Positions 58,881-64,000 of a stretch of DNA of 64,000 nt are shown here, in pieces. The stretch covers positions 2,688,001 to 2,752,000 of the forward strand of contig OZ244561.1 in the NCBI GenBank assembly GCA_965217585.1, written 5' to 3'. The DNA comes from Candidatus Latescibacterota bacterium. GTDB lineage: Bacteria > Latescibacterota > UBA2968 > UBA8231. Position numbers and translations under genes: made by a program. Each line of letters starts with the position of its first letter. The stretch's first letter is position 1. The notes below the pieces were generated by a model. It was not told the origin of the DNA. It did not search any database and worked only from the letters and a program-made list of their open reading frames with translations.

Positions 58881-59881
58881 ACCCCCAGAACTTCTCGTGC
58901 GGCCTGTGTAGTCTCGCGGACTTGGCCTAGGGTGCCCATTCCAAACATCGAGGCCGAGACGCCTACCTCTTTGAAGACATATTCGAATGCCTTGTGGCCA
59001 AGGTAGCGACCGCCGGCCAGCGGCTTGATGGCGATGACGGGTTTGCTGGCGTTTTTGATCGCGTCGATGGCCATATCGCGGGTGGGAAACATGAAGGTGC
59101 CCGGGGCGTTGACGGTGGTCAGGTAGCCATCGACGGGGATGTTTTCGGCCTCGAGGAGCGGTAGGGTGACGCCAGCGTGGTGGACGCTGGTGATGACGGT
59201 GTCGAAACGCTGGCGCAGAAAGCCCAAGTACTCGCGGATCAGGTCGAAGCGGCCAGTCATCGCCAGCAGGTCGATTTCGGCACCAGGGTCGGCGATGAGG
59301 ATATCGCAGCCGGCGAAGAAGCCCAGATATTGCTCGAGGATACCGTAGTCAATCTCAAAGCGGGCGGCGTCTTCTTCTGTGTAAGGTGGCACGGTCTCCG
59401 GGGTGACGATGCCGTTGAAGGTGTCGCCTAGGTTGTAGCGGAGGATGTCGTCGCGGTGGAAGTGCTCGCGGAAGGCCGCACCGCCGAGGGCTTCGTTGCA
59501 GCCATAGAAGGTCGAGTGGGCGCGCTCGGAGTAGGAGACGATTTCGCCGTCCAAGGTCACCGGGATCAGGATATAGGCCACCATGCCGAGTTGGGTGTCG
59601 GTCTGTTGCTCGGTTTCCCAGATTGCCTGCAGGTGCAGCCGGTCGAGTTCGGGCAGCATGTGGTCCACTTGGACGGCGGTAATGCCGCCCTCTTCGACCG
59701 CGTAACGCAGAACGTCGGCTACGGATTGGACGCGGTTAAAGGCGCGAAAATTTTCAGCGTCGCGCGCCTTGCTCTGGTAGGAACAGCCATCGTAGGGATG
59801 GATGCCCATAATCAGGCGGGGAATTTCGGCTTGGCCGATCTGGGTGGTAGGGACTCCACAACCTTCGAGATAGGTTTTCAT
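58877..59881 (-). CDS. hypothetical protein, aldo/keto reductase-like TIM barrel
   Basis: IG..EIPRLIMG and KPVIAIKPLAGGR; overlaps the HAD gene (ATGA). Confidence 0.6.
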   Translation of the reverse strand: MKTYLEGCGVPTTQIGQAEIPRLIMGIHPYDGCSYQSKARDAENFRAFNRVQSVADVLRYAVEEGGITAVQVDHMLPELDRLHLQAIWETEQQTDTQLGMVAYILIPVTLDGEIVSYSERAHSTFYGCNEALGGAAFREHFHRDDILRYNLGDTFNGIVTPETVPPYTEEDAARFEIDYGILEQYLGFFAGCDILIADPGAEIDLLAMTGRFDLIREYLGFLRQRFDTVITSVHHAGVTLPLLEAENIPVDGYLTTVNAPGTFMFPTRDMAIDAIKNASKPVIAIKPLAGGRYLGHKAFEYVFKEVGVSASMFGMGTLGQVRETTQAAREVLGV

Positions 59882-59898
59882 CGCGTTGTTCCTGTTGG

Positions 59899-60873
59899 TT
59901 AGGCTTGGCGCTCGGCAAAAGGGGTCCAGCTACGGCCGGGCTTGTGGACGGGGGTCCGTTCGTAGCGGGTGCGGATTTCCTTGAATTCGGCGATGTCGGT
60001 GATTTCGCGCTGTGGATTTTCCGCGTCTTTGATGACAAAGTCGCCCTCTGTCGGCAAGCAAGCCATAGTGACCGGGTCGCGTTCCAGGTCGAAGTCTTTG
60101 GGGTCTTCGTCAATGTTGTTCGGAATCTCGGCGTCTTGGTAGCGGAGATCGACGCTCCAGCGGACGATGTTGGTGTTGTTCTCAAAGGAGGCGTGCGGGG
60201 TGAGGTTGGTCATAAAGAGCACCGAGCCGGCGCGCATTGGGCAGGCCACAGGCTCGGGGGCCGGCAGGTCTTCGCTGGCGATTTCGAGATACCCACCCTG
60301 CCCACCGGTGTAGTGGCGGTAAACGCCGCTGCGGTGCGCTTGGGGGAGGACGTACAGGCAGCCGTTTTCAATGGTAGCATCGACGAGGGGAATCCAGCAG
60401 GTCACGATCAGGCTCTGGTCGCAGTGGGGCATGAAATAACCCGAGTCTTGGTGCCAAGGCACGGCACCGCGCGAGTAGCCGGGAGCCTTGGGGCGGATGC
60501 GGTACACGGACGAGCCAATGATGTCGGGGCCGACGAGGCTTTCGATGCAGGAGACGAGCGGCGGATGGCGCAAAAAGTCGAGAATGGCCTGTTCCTTGAA
60601 GCCGCCGCCGCCGTGCCCCATGATCGTTCGGGTCACGCGCTCACCGACTGCGACATCGGCTTTGAAAAGGGCACCGAGCCGGGTTTCAAAGGGTTCGGCG
60701 GCAAAGGTTTCCGCGCCGAGTAGCCCTTCTTCTTGCAAGACGGCACACGTCTGGTCAATGACGGCGGTGAGCCCGTCTTTGAGGGGTTGGAGATCGGCTT
60801 GGGAGTAGATGTCTTCTTTGACTACGTAGCCGAGATCGTGGAATTGCTGGCGTTCGGCAGTGGTCAGGCCCAT
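59899..60873 (-). CDS. phytanoyl-CoA dioxygenase (PhyH) family protein
   Basis: PWHQD, NGCL.VLP..H and H.S..N....RWSVDLRY. Confidence 0.88.
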   Translation of the reverse strand: MGLTTAERQQFHDLGYVVKEDIYSQADLQPLKDGLTAVIDQTCAVLQEEGLLGAETFAAEPFETRLGALFKADVAVGERVTRTIMGHGGGGFKEQAILDFLRHPPLVSCIESLVGPDIIGSSVYRIRPKAPGYSRGAVPWHQDSGYFMPHCDQSLIVTCWIPLVDATIENGCLYVLPQAHRSGVYRHYTGGQGGYLEIASEDLPAPEPVACPMRAGSVLFMTNLTPHASFENNTNIVRWSVDLRYQDAEIPNNIDEDPKDFDLERDPVTMACLPTEGDFVIKDAENPQREITDIAEFKEIRTRYERTPVHKPGRSWTPFAERQA

Positions 60874-61152
60874 GACATGCTCCGGGTTGAAAGGGTCGTC
60901 AAAGGGTATTCCCTCTTTCCGCTCTAGTCAATGGCGTTCCGGATGTGTCTTTATCCATCTCGCTTGTATGCGATTACCTTCCTATTCCCCACCACCAATC
61001 TCTCGTTCCAGTTGTTCGAGCAGCGATTCCTCGTGTTCCCTTGGGTCGCAATACGCGCTTGACCACTTTGAGCAGCCTAGGATCGCCATAGAGCCGCTTG
61101 CTGAACTCGTACTCCACATCTCCACCAGCGACCGCTTCTTAGAAGATAGCGT

Positions 61153-64000
61153 CTAGTCTTCTCTGGGCAGCACGACGATAGAATGCACCAGTTTGGTCGC
61201 CTCGTCGCCTTGGGCGAGGTGTACCACCAGCTTTTTGCGGCCGTTGTGCTCGCCGGTTGAGAGATCGGCTTCGAGGCGATAGGTCTGGTCGTCTATTCGT
61301 TGCAACGGCAATGCCTCGGGGCCGTCCAGCGCGGCCAGATTGGCCGTTAGCTGAGCTGGCTCCGCGTCTGCTACCTGCCGCCGGAGGCGAATCGTCGAAC
61401 GCAAGGATAGCGCTGCGCCGGCGAGCAGGGTGTCGGGCGGGGGGTTTTCCCACGTGCCCTGGAGGGGGCTGGCCTCAATGCGGAAGATGGCTTGGGTGTT
61501 TTCGTCGCTGGTCAAATAGAGGCGTCCGGCCTCGTCGGTAATTAGCCCAACGGGCTTACCCCACACGTTAGCGGAATTAAAAGAGAAAAAACCGAAGAGC
61601 CCACCCAATCCGGCATCCCCGTTGTCCTCGCTGGAATCGAGCCGGAAGCCGGTGAGAAAGTCGGCGACGCGGGCGTTGGACCCATCCGGCTCGGCAAAGA
61701 GCGCCATGACCTTGTAGCCGGGATCGTTGCCCAAGACACCAGCGCGACAGGCGACAAATGCGGCGTGTTTGTACTGAGGAGGAAACTGGTCGCGCTCGTA
61801 GAAATGCAGCGCCATGGGTGCCAAGTGGGCGGGAATGAGGACGGCTGGAGTATCCATGTTGGCAACCAACAGCGAATCGGCACCGGTCAGCGGAAAGATC
61901 GACCTTCGGTAGGAGGAGAAATCGGTCCAGACTTTGTCCCCGTAAGCAAATGGCCAGCCATAGAAGCCGCCGTCGCGGAGGGGGGTGATCCACTCCGGCG
62001 GCAGGTTTGGGCCCTCGCGATCGTGCCCGGTGTTGGCAGCCCACAGTTCGCCGGTGATGGGATGCAAGTCGAGGCCGATGGCATTGCGCAACCCAGAGGC
62101 ATAGATCCGCCGACCCGTGCCATCGGCGTTCATCTGTATGACCGCGGACCGTTCTGGATCGTCTTCGCGGCAGATGTCGCAACCTGAGCCAATGTGGAAG
62201 TAGAGCTTGTCGTTGGACTCGTCGAAAACCAGCGTATGCGTCACGTGCTCAACGGGACGGCCCATGAAACCGGGCACCTCGGCGAAGACGGTGCGCTCCT
62301 CGTAAAAGCCGTCCGCGTCCCGGTCTTCGAGGCGGTAGATCGCATCGTCATCGGCGACGAAGAGCGCCTCTTGGTAGAAGGCGATGCTGTGGGGCCAGTT
62401 GAGGTCATCGACCGCTTTGTACACGGTGTCGGCGCGGCCATCGCCGTCTTTGTCGGGCAAGGCCAATACTGTGCCTTGGCGACCGGGGACCGGGGCCCAT
62501 GTATGCCGAGGCTTCATGTTGGCCACGTGTAGGACGCCTTGGTCGTCCCAAGCCATAAAGCGGGCTTTATCTACTTGGTCGGAGAAGAGTTTGACCTTAA
62601 AGCCGGGCGGGAGATTGAGCGTGCGGTCGGGGAGACCTTCAACCGGCACTGGTTCGAGGTGGAGGTCGATCTTGGGCGTTAAGCGGATCTGACTGGGAGC
62701 GTCCTCGCCGCGGAGCGTGGCGAGATACTCGTCGAACCCTTCGCGCGAGCCGTGCCGGCGCTCGTACAGCGCGACTAGGGCCGCTTGGCAGGGGTTGGAC
62801 CCCCAGCTTCGGACCTCGAGGCCGGCGCTGTAGGCGTCCGCCGCCTTGTCGAGCCAAGTGCCGGCTGCCTCGACGTCATCCCGAGCTTCGGCCTCGGTCG
62901 CCATGTGCTCGAACACTTGGCCTAAGTGATAGTGAGCACGGGTATTTCCCCGCGAAAACTCCAGTGCCCGCTCGATCTCGTTGCGGCCTTCCTCGACGCG
63001 ACCCGCTTTGTAGAGAGCCCACCCGAGGGCGTCGTGGACGAAGCCCAAGTAAAAGTTCAGCCGACCCTCCCCCTCCGCTTCCTCTTCGGCCCTATCGAGC
63101 ATGGCTTGTATGACACTCTGAGCGAGTTCGGCCGCCTCCTCGGCGTACGGCGTGCGGTCGGCCATCAAGATAAGGGCACTGTACGTTAGATGCGGGTTGA
63201 GCCGCTCGTACCGGACCAAGCCGCGCACTGCCTCGGCGAGTTCCTCGGCCGGAACCGGGTTCATGGCGCTTAGGGCACTGAAGAGCGCTCGGTGCGCCCG
63301 CTCGCGGAAGCTATCGTCGTAGAGGGGTTTTTCGAGAAACCGAAAGGCCGCGTCGCAGATGAGGCGAAGCCGATTTTGGTACTCCGGCGCGTCCTTGCGG
63401 CCGATGCGCTCCAACTCGGACTGTAATCGTTGGTACTCCTGTTGGAACTTCCCTTGGTGGATTCGCGACGCATGGCGACTCGCGGGAGCTTGCGTCAGCA
63501 GCTTCGCCTCGAACGCCGCCGCCTGCTCTTCGTCCCCGAGTACGTTCCTATAAGCCCTGGTGAGCAGGGCGAGGCCGCGTATGGTCTCTGGCACGGCCTG
63601 CCGATACGCGGCGATGCTGGCCTCAATGGCGGGGCGTCGCTCCTCGTCGGGGAGTTGATCCGTCTCGTTGAGAATCTGCCAATGCAAATAGCGCACATGC
63701 GCGGAGCCCGGCGCGAGGCGAACGGCCTCTTCGATCAGCGGGAGCGCCTCCTGAGGCTTGTTGGACCGGTATAGCTGTTCCGCGGCTTGAAAGTAGCCGC
63801 TGACGTGATCGGGCCAACGCGCTCGCAGCGTGGCCAAGGTAGCGAGGCTTGTGTCCGCATAGGAGGGATCCTCCAGTACGTACTGTGCCATGTACTCGAG
63901 TTCCGCGCGGGCATAGAGGACTTCGGGATGCTGGCGGGTCTCCGCATCCACTGAGTCCAGAAATGCCATCCCCGCTTCCGCATTTCTGAACCGATGCGCC
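61153..64000 (-). CDS. TPR-repeat protein fused to a glucose/sorbosone (PQQ-dependent sugar) dehydrogenase propeller; frame is open to the window edge
   Basis: TPR motifs (DALGWALYKAG, AHYHLGQV), then LPPGF.V.LF, GS.CD.C.E, ASGLRN, GFYGWP, AH.AP and GKPVG. No stop upstream of ATG 63969. Confidence 0.8.
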   Translation of the reverse strand, partial: AHRFRNAEAGMAFLDSVDAETRQHPEVLYARAELEYMAQYVLEDPSYADTSLATLATLRARWPDHVSGYFQAAEQLYRSNKPQEALPLIEEAVRLAPGSAHVRYLHWQILNETDQLPDEERRPAIEASIAAYRQAVPETIRGLALLTRAYRNVLGDEEQAAAFEAKLLTQAPASRHASRIHQGKFQQEYQRLQSELERIGRKDAPEYQNRLRLICDAAFRFLEKPLYDDSFRERAHRALFSALSAMNPVPAEELAEAVRGLVRYERLNPHLTYSALILMADRTPYAEEAAELAQSVIQAMLDRAEEEAEGEGRLNFYLGFVHDALGWALYKAGRVEEGRNEIERALEFSRGNTRAHYHLGQVFEHMATEAEARDDVEAAGTWLDKAADAYSAGLEVRSWGSNPCQAALVALYERRHGSREGFDEYLATLRGEDAPSQIRLTPKIDLHLEPVPVEGLPDRTLNLPPGFKVKLFSDQVDKARFMAWDDQGVLHVANMKPRHTWAPVPGRQGTVLALPDKDGDGRADTVYKAVDDLNWPHSIAFYQEALFVADDDAIYRLEDRDADGFYEERTVFAEVPGFMGRPVEHVTHTLVFDESNDKLYFHIGSGCDICREDDPERSAVIQMNADGTGRRIYASGLRNAIGLDLHPITGELWAANTGHDREGPNLPPEWITPLRDGGFYGWPFAYGDKVWTDFSSYRRSIFPLTGADSLLVANMDTPAVLIPAHLAPMALHFYERDQFPPQYKHAAFVACRAGVLGNDPGYKVMALFAEPDGSNARVADFLTGFRLDSSEDNGDAGLGGLFGFFSFNSANVWGKPVGLITDEAGRLYLTSDENTQAIFRIEASPLQGTWENPPPDTLLAGAALSLRSTIRLRRQVADAEPAQLTANLAALDGPEALPLQRIDDQTYRLEADLSTGEHNGRKKLVVHLAQGDEATKLVHSIVVLPRED

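Noticed and set aside
1-64000. tRNA, rRNA, riboswitch, IS element or integrase
   Set aside because: None recognised by eye. Intergenic gaps are short, but small structured RNAs cannot be excluded without covariance-model searches.

Overview
GC-rich bacterial DNA. The PNPFN-type C-terminal sorting domain, six PhyH dioxygenases, sulfatase, Gfo/Idh/MocA oxidoreductases and ankyrin/TPR/FG-GAP proteins suggest an FCB-group bacterium such as Latescibacterota or Gemmatimonadota, possibly a sponge symbiont (inference). Most of the window is catabolic and envelope genes, plus fabV, nfuA, a hen1-pnkp RNA repair pair, a hybrid histidine kinase and a RelE-type toxin-antitoxin (TA) pair. The standout is a ~10 kb, visibly lower-GC insert (29039-38859) of seven tightly coupled genes: three full-length dynamin-like GTPases, an apparent dynamin pseudo-GTPase, a 2-TM coiled-coil protein and two unknowns. 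It is bracketed by a 36-bp direct repeat copied from the 3' end of a neighbouring cyclase gene and by decayed copies of the flanking genes, with no integrase nearby. It is a candidate undescribed membrane-remodelling or anti-phage system. Other oddities are an in-frame glycogenin-like GT8-RRM fusion, dehydrogenase-ankyrin and TPR-dehydrogenase fusions, and several intergenic remnants of TA and other genes. No rRNA, tRNA, CRISPR array, transposase or integrase was recognised. All calls come from reading motifs by eye; no searches were run.
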